DNA from: Paragordius varius
Lineage: Eukaryota > Animalia > Nematomorpha
Assembly (NCBI GenBank): GCA_964247055.1
Contig: OZ176056.1
Span: 2,604,001 to 2,668,000 of the forward strand
DNA length: 64,000 bases
Direction of reading: 5' to 3'
A model generated the notes under the pieces. It did not search any database and was not told where the DNA came from. It saw nothing but the letters and a program-made list of their open reading frames with translations. A program made the position numbers and the translations under genes. Positions within the stretch are counted from its first letter, which is position 1. Every line of letters begins with the position of its first letter. Positions 46,401 to 59,115 of this stretch are shown piece after piece.

Positions 46401-49400
46401 AATAGAATAATTTTTTCTCATATAACTCACCAACACAAATGGCTTTGCGGGCCGAATTTGATATATACCATTATCAAATTCAACCTTGAACAATTCAAAT
46501 TCACCCCCAAATAAATTCTGTGTTTTCGGGCTTAAATGACTCATTATTAATATAAAATATATCTTGATGGCTTAGTTTATTATTTTTTCAGGATTATTTT
46601 AATTACAAACAAAATTTCATCTTTTAAAAATATAAAAAAATATAAGTGGTTTTTAATCTTAATAAACACACATAATTTATTTTAAAAGGATGAATTTAAA
46701 TTGTTATAGGGTGAATATGAAGTGTAAATGGTAAAGGGCATATATAATAAATTTATTACATTTCAAACATAAAACTGTAGAATGCTAACGTAATACTACA
46801 AAATTTTCTTCTAATTCTTGCCAATTAGATAAAAACTTATTTCAAAAATTTTTTAAAATATTTCAATTTTGTTAAAGTTTTAAGAGCTGATTATTATTTT
46901 GCAAATTATGAATTTTCCAAATTCTTTCGAGGGGCGGACAACATAAAGTCTCAAAAGCAATCTTTGATTTAACTATTACACATAAAAAAATTACAAAAAA
47001 AAAATTTACCAAATATTTTGAAGTTAGGGTTAAAAGTTTTTCAATAACCCGCTTCCGTTTTGTATTATTTTCCACGTCTAACAGGGAATGTGCACACACC
47101 ACTAAATCATATTTTTTCTATAGAATAAAAAAGGTTAATTAAAATTGATTGGGAAAATCATAATTTTCTTTTAAATTATAATTATTTAAAATGTTAATAA
47201 TTTTGTGTAAAATAAATTACTATAAAATATTTAGGATTTACTTGTCTTGTATCGATAAAATATCTAAAACAATCAAGTCAAAATCATAAAATATATATTG
47301 TCAGTGAATCAATCAAAATAAATCTAACCAAATATACTGGTTTTTTATAGTTTTAATTAAAATATATAAATATAAGATAAAAATTAATGAATAATTGTTA
47401 AATTTCACATTTTTTAACCTAAAATTCTTAACATATTAATTTGAACCAACTGATAAACATATGTATAAAAATTTGGTTTTAAACCAATAAGCCCGACCCA
47501 AAAAAACATTTATACAATGCGAAACAATAGTTACAATAAAAAAATTTAAAATAATAAATAAATTACATATTTTTACTTTCAATTTTAAATATTTTTTATC
47601 GAAAAAACAACTGTTACAGGTGACAATATTATTTTTTTTTCATGTCAAAATATTTAAATCCTGTTAAATTTTTGTAAAATATTTTTCTGTTTTATTTTTT
47701 TTCGAATTCATAAATAGCACTTATATAAGTATAAAATATGAATAAATAGGCATAAATGTTGACATATATACTATGTATAAGGATTCAAAATCATATATAA
47801 TAAAATAAACCAACATTCAAATGGATTGATTTTATAAAATACTTTTTGTATCGTTTAGAAACTGCGGTTTTAATTATAACCAAACGGGTTTAAACAAGTA
47901 TTACTTTTTCTAAAGTAATGAATATAATTTTGACAAATTGAAATTAGGGTTTCATAATAAACAAGTACTTTTATCCTTAATTTTATAGCAAATTATAAAA
48001 ATTGGTTCAAACAAAGTTAAAAACAGTTTAATTACCTTTTTAACTTGATTTAAGTAGATTTTTTTAGAATTTAATTAGAAAGAAGTTTTGAAGAAGATGT
48101 TAAATTTTTTTAAAACAAAATTTTATTTAAAAAACTTTTTTAGTAAATTTTCAACCATAGTTTTTTTTCAAAAGAACCACACAATATATTATAAACTTTC
48201 GTCTTAAAAATTTATCAATTTTAAAATAAATCATGCCTGAACCGATGAAGGCAACATTGTTCTGTACGCAATATATTCTCCACAAAGGCCAGCATTTCGA
48301 TTTGAAAATTGATTGTTAGTTGAGTTAAAGATAAGTGATCTACCCAAATCTCTTAAATAGTAATTCGATTCCACCAACATATGGAGTTGGGGATAATCTA
48401 AACCCCACACGGAATGTGCTGCCCTTAAATCATAAATGTTATAAAATTTATAAGCAAAAATTTTTAAAAAAATGGAAATATTTGACAAATTTAATGTTTA
48501 AAAGGCGAATAATAATAATGCTTTTGCGAATATAAATTAATTTTAATGATTGCCATATAATATTGATTCTATAACATTGTAAAAATTAATTAAATATAAT
48601 ATGCAGGATGCTTTTTAATAATTGCTAATTTCACACTATAATTAGGCAATTTGCAACACAACACAGTAGTATATGGAAAAAGCAACAAAATGTTGAATAA
48701 ATAATTGATTCCTTTCTTTTTTTCCATACACTACTGTGTTGCAAATTGTCCCACTATAGTGTAAAATGAGCAATCATTTAATTGCATATTGTAAAAGTAA
48801 AATTTTTGAGCGGTTTAAAAAATTAAATTAAAAAGATGAGCAGAAAAACTTTTACGTATTTAAATTTATTTAAATTTCATAGATGGAATAAACTAATTCC
48901 CATAATGATCTCTGAGGGTAATAATTTAACATTCAAAGATTGTTAAAACTATGTGTTCCAATAAAAATTTAAAAGGTGCATGTTAACTAGCAGCTGATTA
49001 GTATATATGCCCTGTTTATTTTATCATAAGTCCTTTTTTTAATTTTTTTGATGATGAGTATTAATATAAATGCCATCTCAAATGAAAAAATATATACAAT
49101 AGCGTATGGCATAAAATATTATTAGTCTATAAAAGAATAATAAAATGTTTTTTAAAAAACAAGCCTAGTTGTGTATATATATGTCCATATAATTTCCTTT
49201 TACTCTTTTATGGACTAATATTGTTTTATGCCATACGCTCCTGTAAAAAATGTTGTTTTTATATTAAAAAATAAATAATATATTAAATTAATTTACCAAA
49301 AGGTAGAACCTAAACCAGATCCGAAATCCAGCAAACTATGTGGCCGGTATAAAGGGCGACGTAAATTTAACTAAAAAATTTTTAAAATTTTATGTAAACC

Positions 49401-49988
49401 TCCTTAAAAATTTTGACAAGGACGGCATAATTTGGAGACAATTTAGCTGCTAAATACATCAAACCAAGTTTCTTTTTATACCTAATATTCTTTAAACTAA
49501 ATCACTTTATATTGATGTTAAGTTGATCTGGTTTATTTTCATTTAATATTTGATTGGCTAAATGCAATGGGAGTGGTACATCTTTGTGATTAATCACTAA
49601 CGAATCAGAATTAGATATATTATTGTCGGTGTTAGTACTTATATCATATGAATCAAATATTAAATTTTCCGTATTATTTTTATCTTTATTTGTATTTGGA
49701 AAATAATTTCTTTTATTCAATTGATCTGTTAATAATTTAATTTCTGTTTTATAGGTTGAAGGCCGAAAATTGTATTCTAAATTATGTATTGAGAATTATA
49801 CGTTCACACAAAAGTTTAGCGTTATATTCTAATAACAAGGGTGGAATTATGAAATCTTTATAAATTAATCGCTGTAAATATCTGTTATTTTGTTTTGGAT
49901 ATGTTGATGAAATGGAAATCGGCTCTTCCCTTACAACAGCTTGTAAAGTGGTAGAAAAGCGTTTGAAAGACTTCAAAGTTTTAAACAT
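43470..49988 (-). CDS. METTL17: Methyltransferase-like protein 17 / mitochondrial small-subunit assembly factor Rsm22
   Basis: Twelve in-frame exons: 49988(or 50018)-49802, 49776-49506, 49481-49400, 49370-49297, 48423-48237 (or -48243), 47117-47010, 46036-45965, 45888-45832, 45346-45248, 44741-44663, 44095-43969, 43569-43470; about 480 aa. Family motifs recalled: LMYLAAKLSPNYAVL, SLLDFGSGLGSTFWAAHSVWG (SAM motif I), YDLVVCAHSL, IFVEYGSSLGF, ILAPCPH, RIVAPVLLRHGHSHCRMCTPQG, YKCIKYSKLGD. The N-terminus MFKTLKSFKRFST resembles a mitochondrial presequence. Confidence 0.92.
48599..48789. repeat. Palindromic MITE (~190 bp) in a METTL17 intron
   Basis: Arms gcaatttgcaacacaacacagtagtatatggaaaaag / ctttttttccatacactactgtgttgcaaattg. 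A second small palindrome lies at ~49098-49245 (agcgtatggcataaaat / tgttttatgccatacgct). Confidence 0.7.
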
Positions 49989-50038
49989 GATAAATGGGCC
50001 ACGTTCTGGCACATTCATATTATCAGGAAAAAGAGCAC

Positions 50039-51805
50039 ATGGAAAATTTAAATATTTGTCAAAGCTTTTTGAAAAAAGTCCCAAGCAAATTGGGGGCATT
50101 TTGCCAAAATACTTTAACTCAATGTGTGTATGGATATGCTGGAAAATGGATTTATAAATTTGGTAAAAATTGAAGATAATTTATAGATAATAATAATATT
50201 AGTGAAAAAAGCGAAAACTCTCTGCATTCTCAATATGGAGAAATGGAAATCATATCATTTGATTTTATGCCTCAATATGTACAATTTTTGTATTATAATT
50301 AGGATTCTTTATGTTTATCATTTAATTGCCGAGATTCTTTTTCTATATATTTGCTAACTCTAAATGGTTACGAAACTTCTAGTGAATGCGCTTTTGAACT
50401 GGAAACTCCAGCTATAAGCGGACGCTGGAGTCATGATTATGAACATTTCTGTTTTATAAGTCAGGTTTTTGTCAATATAATTATGTTTTTTAGGATCAAG
50501 TTTATATTTTGAATTCTGAGTTTTCTCAAGTACATCAAAGCGATTTGAACGTGAAAGAAATTGGATCATATGAACATGTTTCCTTGGGATGGGGTTCCAA
50601 ATCAACCCAATTTAAGGGGAAAGGAGTAAGTATTTTACCATTTTGTTTATTTATAATTTAATTTATTTTGATTTTTTTCCTTTACCATAATACTAAGTTT
50701 ATGTTTAAAATTTCCTCTTTATAATGTAATATAATTTGTATGTATAATTTATTTACGACCTATTTGCCTTTTTAATGACGGTAAATGAGTTTTTGTAGGC
50801 TTAAAAAATAAAAATCACCCACATAATTTTTATAAATAAGTTGTTTTAACTTTATATTTGTTTTTAAAATTAAATTCTTCATTATATATATTTTTTTATC
50901 AGTACTTATTTCGCATTACAACACTTTTCTAGGAATAAAATTTATCGTATGATATATATAAATTCGACCTTATGCAAACTTTAAGAAATTAATCAAGCTT
51001 TTAATTATTTTAAATTATTAAAAATTTTAGAATAAATATTTTTTCAAGTAAAAATATCTGTTTTACCCGATTTTCCTGATTTCGAAATTTTTTTCGATCA
51101 ATAATAGTTTAAATTTTAAAATATGCCTCATGCCATACAAAAAAAGAATTTTAGCTATACTTAACTGCTTAATATTATTAATAAGTATAAAAACTTAGTT
51201 GAAACCCATTTTTTATCAATATCCTTATTGTAGATGAAAGCACAATCTAATGAAGAAAATAAAGAATCATCAAAAACACCACCTCAGGATAATTTGGAAA
51301 CTGAAAATAAAAATCAAAAACCGTGTATAGCATGGAACATTCAAGAAAATCGATTTTTAGCCATTAGCAACTCTTTTGAAACACAAGAAGTGAAAATACG
51401 GATTTATGATCGTTTTGCTGATTGGACACTTCATACTACATTGGCTTATGATGCCATGGCTTTAATGGTTTTATTTTGTTTTTTAAATTCTTTTACGAAA
51501 TTTTTGGAAATCTTTACATATGTTTTACCAAGGGGGTTTGAGCTAAATATTTTGGTGTAATAATTTAAATTTACATTAAAAGTGTATTACTATATCAATA
51601 TTATTATTGATAATTATTCATTCAATATTATTTGAAAACATATACGTTATTATAGATATATACAAAATTAAAATTCCAAATTATTTTTTGCCCTGGTTTT
51701 CAAAAATATTAATTGGTTTGACCGACCGTTTAAAAATACACGTATTCATAAGCAGACTGCGAAATTACTTAAATTTTACATATTTTTACAATAAATTATA
51801 CTTAT

Positions 51806-51849
<44 letters not shown>

Positions 51850-54800
51850 CTTGTTTTAAAAATTTATTTTAAGCATATTATTTACACAAATTAATGTTTT
51901 ACCTATATTTAGTATAATTTTATAAAATCATATATATTTGTAAATTATGTATTTTAATTTTGATTATTATTAAATGCGGTCAAATAACGGTCAATGTTTT
52001 TTAAGCAATTAAACCCCCCTTGAATTTATTATTAAATATAATTTTTTAATCCAATACTAAACTTTTATTATTTTTATAATTATTAAATGCTTTTTTAAAA
52101 AATTTTGACTGGTTATTTTAGAAAGTGGTCTTTACTCATATTTTCATTTGTCACCAAACAGAAAATCAATTTACTTAGGATATTCCGAAAATCTACAATT
52201 TTCGAGTAAATATATATCTATAGTATGCAGATGACTTATTCACATTATTGTAGGTCGATTAGCGACACAGTAGAGTAGGTAAAAACAACAATGTGTTGAA
52301 ATTAAACCAGCGTTATTCCCAGCTTACCACATTAATTTGTTTTTTATTTGTTTATGGACAGATTTGTTTTATATACCATTTTCAGTTCAAATTCACCCTC
52401 GAACAATTCAAATTCACCCTAAAAATAAATTATGTGTTTTCGAACTAATATAACTCATTATTAATATGAAATATATCTTTATGGCATATTTTATTATTTT
52501 TTCAGTATTACTTTAATTTAAAACAAAATTTTATTTTTTAAAATTATAAAAAATATGTAGGTAACTTTTCATCTTAAAAAATATATAATTTATTTGAGGG
52601 GGAATTATTGTTAGAGGGTCAATTAGAATTGTTTAAGGGTGAATTTGAATTGTTCGAGGGTGAATGTGAATTGTTTAAGGGTGAATTTGAATTGTAAATG
52701 GTATAATAACACATGCTACTGTTTTGCCGATTGACCAACAAGAATCTGAATAAGCCAGCATAAAATACTGAATAATATAAAAAAAAATAACATCTACCCT
52801 CCTTTAAATATGTGACATTTATATCCAACATTTATTTTTAAATTAGCCAATATGTTGGAGACCTGATTACAGTGATTTACTTACCGCCATAACTGGTTCA
52901 ATCATCGGCGAAAAAGAAAATTTGAAACCTTCGAACGCGCCGGAACTTAGCGTTAATTTTTATGAATCTAATGGTTTACGCTTACCCGGTCCTTGTTTTT
53001 CACTCAATCGGAATGTTAATTATTCTTTTCCAAATTCTAAGGCAAAGCAAAATTTTGCATTTTTTATCCCAGTAAAGCTGGAATGGAATACAATATGCCA
53101 TAACAATAATAATTGTTCAACAAGTGATGAAATACCAATTTTAGCTATTTTATATCAAGATCCTAGTGTCATTCCCCTAGAAAATAATGATTTGTCATCT
53201 TTGCTAGGATTGGAAATCGAGGACGGGGTAAGTAGTTAAGATAATTTATCAGTATTTTTATATCCTATTGTATTTTTCCTATAAAGTTTTTTAATTATTT
53301 ATACATTACAATAAATTGACTAAAACTATTATGATTTTACTACTATTTTCGATCCGAATTAGAAATGGATATAAAATGTTTTTGATATACATCGGATAAA
53401 TAATTTGTAAAAACAAATTTAAAGCAGCATTTTCATGCATAACTACTAATGTATCGTATATTATATATTTAGGTGACATCAAAAGAACAAAATCCCCTTT
53501 CCTACATTGAATTATGGACCGCTAAAAACTATATATGGTATCTTAAACAAGTTATCATGCCTACTCCTCCTTACACTTCTGAAAGCAATGAACAAAAAAC
53601 CGACAATTATTACATTGTAGATTTTCAATGGGATGTCATAGACCCCTACAAATTATTTTATATAACACAATTTAATTTCCGAACAATTCATTTAGCTCCT
53701 ACGATAAATGTTAGCCGAACTTTTTGTGGTGAAAATAAAAAAGCTGTTGTTGAAGTATGCAATATTAGCCCAAAAACTAATCTTGTAAAAGCTTTGAGGA
53801 ATACGTTGGTAATTAATGGTTCAAGTCTACAAATCACACCTCTTAATTATATATCTCTACCTGTTCCGGCCTTATATGCATATTCATATACCTTTCCCCT
53901 ACCCATATCAACCATTGCATACATTGATACCGAAAATAACGTTATTTTAAACCACAATTTCAAAACCGTTCCGTATATAAATAATTATCTTTACGTGTTT
54001 CTAATTGATTCCTCTTGTTATCTGTTTGAATGTACATCCTTTGTTGATTCTCAACTTTCTTTAAATACGGAAGAATTGGAAATAGAAAATTACCCCAAGT
54101 TAAGTATTTCCATGCATGCTGAAGCTAGTATGTTTAAACAACAAATTCCATTTTACAAGTTTTTATCGCTCCAAAATTATGACAATGAAATTAAAATGTA
54201 TGAATTGCTACATATAACACCAATCATGCCGTTTGCGTTCTTAAACTCTTTTGAAATCGCAAAAAATAAGGCGGGACAAAATCATTCCTTTGTAGCTTTG
54301 AAGAATGATTATTGCACTAACCAAGTTGATCTTTGTTTTATAAACTTACAATTTGATGCCCAGACACCACCCATTAAACTGATTAAAACGGTTGAATTGA
54401 ATTTTGCTGTTTTAGGTTTGCGATGGGTTACAGATCACATAAATTTTACCATTATTCTACAATCCCTTGATGGACAGTTGTTTATATGGTCTTATCCCTG
54501 TAAAGATTTAATTAATGAAACATCTCCAATAACGCAAATTAAGCCTTATGCTCGTTTTCAAAGGCCATGCCTTAAATTTAGTATACTATGCTGTTTCGAT
54601 AATTTTTGCAATCATAATGAAAATTGTTTAATACTGCTAATTGGTTTAAATGAGCAAACAAAATCTTTACATTGTGCATCGTACAAAACTGATAAGGAGG
54701 GACAAAACAAAATTATTACAAAGGTTACTTCAAAAACCAATAATATTGATAAGATATTTAATGTACACAGTGCAAATTTCGGTATAACCGATATGAAAGC

Positions 54801-57800
54801 AGTCAATTCATATAGCTTGCTGCGTTGCTATGGAAACGACACTGATTTTTTGCTATTTTTCGTGGGTTTGAGTAGCGCCTCCATGCTTTGTGAACTTCAT
54901 TCTATGCACTTTTACCTGCGAGTTGATAAAGATAATTCCCCTACATTAAATTTGTTAAATTACGAGATACGTAAAAGTTTAGAGTTAAATTCTACCATAA
55001 TTTCGGCATCGATGGAACCAGAACCAATGTTATGGCTCCATATTCCGCGCGGAAGTATGGAAATTATATATCCGAGAATCTTACTTTCCTTATCATTAAA
55101 AGAGCGTCTCAATGATTCAAATTGTTGTTTAAATCTACCGGATGCTGGTATATATCAAGCTTTTCTGATAGCTAGACGACATAGGATTCCTTTTTGTGTT
55201 ATACCCCTTGCACTGATGTTCAATGCAAATTTAAATCAAGAAACGATTGTGGATGAGAGTAGTTTAATTGAAAAAGTTGTAAGTGCAATTTGTCAATCTA
55301 TCGCCTCTTATCGATTCAATGAAACAGATTTTAGCAATTTAAATGACAACACTCGTCACCTTCAAAATCAATCTTGTATCAGAGATTCTGAACTTAGTTT
55401 ATTCCTTGCAAATTGTGATATCTTACCCGAAAACGCTATCCTTGACTCATATTTAGGCAATAATGCCAATACCGATGATCACAAAATAATTGATTTACCC
55501 AAAAAAGAACAATTTTTACATCAATTTTTAGTGGCTACGAAACGTCTAATGAACGATGAAAATACTAGCCATCAAAATAATGCCTTATATCTGAGTTATT
55601 TAACAGTGTGCGCTAAGTTAGGGGATTACAAATCTGCCCTTACATGTGTCAAACGACAATCTACTACCCCTTTAATGGAAAAGGGTATTAAGCATTTACT
55701 TTACTTTGCTAGGGGGGATAGTAGTTCAAACTCTTTGTATACTCATTCACTTGCTACGCATGATTTAGATTTGGCTTTGTTAGTTGCCAAATTCTCCCAC
55801 AAAGATCCGAAAGAATATTTACCCGAGTTAGAAACACTCAAGGTTTGTTCTGTTACGGATACCCTTGAACACTTAAACAACATTGACGCAGATACAGATG
55901 AAAGGATTAAGAATTTACTTTTGAAAGATATTTTTTACCGAAACTATGTTATAGATGTCACCAAGTGTCAAACTTTATTCCCAACCGGGCTGTGCAATCT
56001 ACTACTAAGTTGTATGTTTTGGATATCTGTTATTTTTACAAACTCTGAAATTAAAGATATAGAATCTATTGGTGGGCAGCTAACAAAAACCCTAATATCC
56101 ATTTTTCAAATCCGTTTTTGTCAATTATTGAGTCACTTTAGCACGGAATATACGCTCTCTTTAAACGATGATCAGATGATTGCTCCAAAAAGTAAAAGTT
56201 TGCAGAATTTTAACAAACTTTTTGATTTGTTACATTTTCACAATCCTACCTTACAGCAAACATGGAAATCACTTGGCGGTCATGAATGTGCCGACTGCAT
56301 AAAAAAATTAGCTGTCGACTATTGTCATCTCAATGTTGAATCGGAATTTTTTATCGCAAACCTATGTCAAACATTTCTATCCAAACATTTTTACACGGTT
56401 GCTTTGAAAACTCTTACACGCAGTGATATAGGAACCAAAAATATAGAAAAATCACTCTCTACCAATGTTTTTGTCCCTAAAAATTCTCAGGATACTAAAA
56501 AGTGTACAACATATGCTTTGCTACTTTATTTTCTACAGAAAAGTTGTTTTAACAATAGTGAAATGGCTCAAAATGTAACTAAACTTTTTTGTTTTCAAGG
56601 CCCGCATACTAAAAAATTGGATTCGTTAGTTAAAGAGAAACTAGAGCCTTTGAGTAATTATTTTAGCAATCAAACCCTTATTCAATCATTACAAAAATGG
56701 GTGAATGTTCATCAACCTAAAGCTGTGAATTCTGACATGATAAATGCAAATTTGTATAAATTACAAACATCGCTAAATAACAATGATGATTTAACAAATA
56801 TTAATAATATCCACGGACTATCAAATAGCCAAAAAATATGCTTGAACTTTCTACCAAATGCAATTTTAGCCCAATTGATTGAGCTATATCAAAGCGAAAA
56901 ATGGCATTACCAACCATACTTTTGGTCAGATGTATTTTGGTTATTATTTTATTCGCTTAACTTAAAACCGACACCATCAAAATCAGAATTGCAATCATAT
57001 TTATCAAGCATTATTGATATGTTATGTCGAAGGATTGGTTTATTATTTGCTTCTCAAAACAATCGTAATCTCAGTGACAAGGTATTTTATAAAATGAAAT
57101 ATTAAAAAAAAGACTTGAAAATTAATTGAAAAATATTATTTGCTCACAATTTTATTTGATTTTATTGCTCACCTATATATCATAGACCAATTTTTGGTTC
57201 AAAAAAATATTCGGACCTAATATTGGATTAAATAATTAAATTTAAACTTTAATTTTTACGCTGTTTATTACTAATTATGCGATACGTTTTTTTTAAATGT
57301 TGGGCTAAGTTTAATGAAAAAATTATTCTATCTATATCATTATTTTTTCCATTTGTGTGCACATAGGAAACCATGCTGCCCCAAGATCTAAATAATTCAA
57401 AATTCCCAATGATTATTACAGAGCTGGAAAATGTCCGTAATACTATAACATCTACTCATGTAAGATTACGTCAAGTCCTAATGTCTAAGTTAGCCATTGT
57501 TAATGCAGAAGAACAACCGTTTGATGAACAATCTCAATTCGTTGATTTATCATCGGTGACAAATTTGAGTTCTATATCCACGCTTTCATCCAACAGTTCA
57601 ATCAAAGCCACAAAAAATAAAATGTTGTTTAATAACACAGCAGCGGTGGTTGATTTTGACCCTAATAAACTGTCACACATTACTGCAAATTATTTGGCTG
57701 AATGTGGTGGAGCTATAAAACCGCCGCCCGCTGAAATATTATCGGCTTATTCGATCAAAAGCACCACTGTAAGTCTTAAAAGTCGAAAAACTGGAAAATC

Positions 57801-59059
57801 TACCAGGTCAACTTTTTCTTCATCCCTTACAAATCAGGTAAAACTTTTATTTTATCCGCTCAATAGACTTTTTTTACTTTAAGACATCGATATCTTACGA
57901 TATGTTTATGTTAGAGTTTAAATGCAGATTTTTTTAATTGACACTGTCAGCTCTGAATGGCTTAAATCAGTGGTTTCCAAAAGGTGGACATGCCCCCAAA
58001 ACCGGGCGTAGAAGTATCTTAGAGGCGCTAAAAATTTTGAGAATTTGATTAAAAAATAAAACCAGAAACTAATTGAAGAATATCAGGTGCAATTTATCAA
58101 GATTTATTACCCAAATGAAAAAATATTTCATACAAGGATCTTATTAATTGCGATTTTTATAAGATTATAATAAATTTAACATTTTTAACTTGGTTTTTTT
58201 TTAAAAGGGGGTGTAAGAATTATTTTTAATTTGGTGTGGCGTGAACAAAAAAGGTTGGGAACCACTGGCCTAAGTGATATCTAATTTAATTCCGTAATCT
58301 AATTCAAAAAAGAAAAAAAGTCATAAAACAAATATTTATATGATTTTTAAACCAATTTATATATATGTGTGTGCGTAGACTGAACAAATCCCCCTATTTA
58401 TTAAACGGGCAAAACTTAAAGAAGGATCTACCTATGAACATGTAGCTTTGTTTGAGGTTTTGCTTAAACAACTTGACACTTTTCCTATAATCCAACTTGC
58501 TACAGCTCTAGAATATCAACAGTTGATAGGGGATATGAAAGATCCCTTGACTATTCCAATAATGTGCCCAAAATTAAATGGCATGTATAACAAGTGTCAT
58601 AACATATACTTCCAAGAGTTGTATGAAATCCAATGTTTATTAAACTTTTTATGCAATATATCCCCCTTGCCCCTACCTAAATTAACCGATCTCAATGATA
58701 AAAAATTGTTAACATTGTCACAAAACTTTCTGGGTACGATTGACAAATTTTGGGAATTAAATACTTATGTTTGCCACTTAAATGATACATTTATATGGCC
58801 TTTGATAACTGGTTTCCATATGAATTTGATTGAAAGCCAACACCCCTTCAAACATTCAGATATGGCAGAACGTTATGAAAAATACGTTGCAACTTTATTT
58901 AGTTTTCCCACGGTTCAAGAATTGAAACAACACATTGACTCGAATTATCGTGAAATACAAAGTGAAAATGAAAATTTATTGAATTTTGAATCGTTTGATG
59001 ATTGTCGCATACAATGTATATATATGTATATATATCTTAAACAAAAATCACACAAATAA
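50039..59059 (+). CDS. ELP1: Elongator complex protein 1 (IKI3/IKAP), unusually long
   Basis: Exons 50039-50162, 50187-50278, 50303-50464, 50494-50625, 51234-51467, 52847-53227, 53473-57081, 57367-57837, 58379-59059 join in frame (5886 nt, about 1960 aa). IKI3-family motifs appear in the expected order: MENL.., LGWGSKSTQFKG, ICWRPD, FYESNGL, IELWTAKNYIWYLKQ, IPRGSMEIIYPRILL, DLDLALLVAKFSHKDPKEYLPEL, Ser-rich segment, KRAKLKEGSTYEHVALFEVL. The exact 3' end is uncertain. Confidence 0.93.
57968..58267. mobile_element. hAT-type MITE in ELP1 intron 8
   Basis: TIRs CAGTGGTTTCCAA / TTGGGAACCACTG and degenerate 8-bp TSD GCTTAAAT / GCCTAAGT. The interior resembles window positions ~60-220. Confidence 0.75.
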
Positions 59060-59115
59060 AATAAAAGTTATAGATATAAATTAAATGCATAAAAGTTTAT
59101 ATTTAATAACAAACA

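Noticed and set aside
49912-50157. Plus-strand 81-aa ORF and the 5' part of minus ORF 49782-50099
   Set aside because: Explained as shadow or off-frame readings of the first exons of METTL17 and ELP1.
52619-52831. ORFs with NNSNSPL repeats, plus 1574-1756 and similar short ORFs
   Set aside because: Translations of MITE family A or B subterminal repeats.
57082-57105. End of the 1210-aa ORF as a real stop, and a standalone gene for 53473-57105
   Set aside because: The ORF is an internal ELP1 exon. It has an AG acceptor at 53471-53472 and a phase-0 donor at 57082 that joins the next exon in frame.
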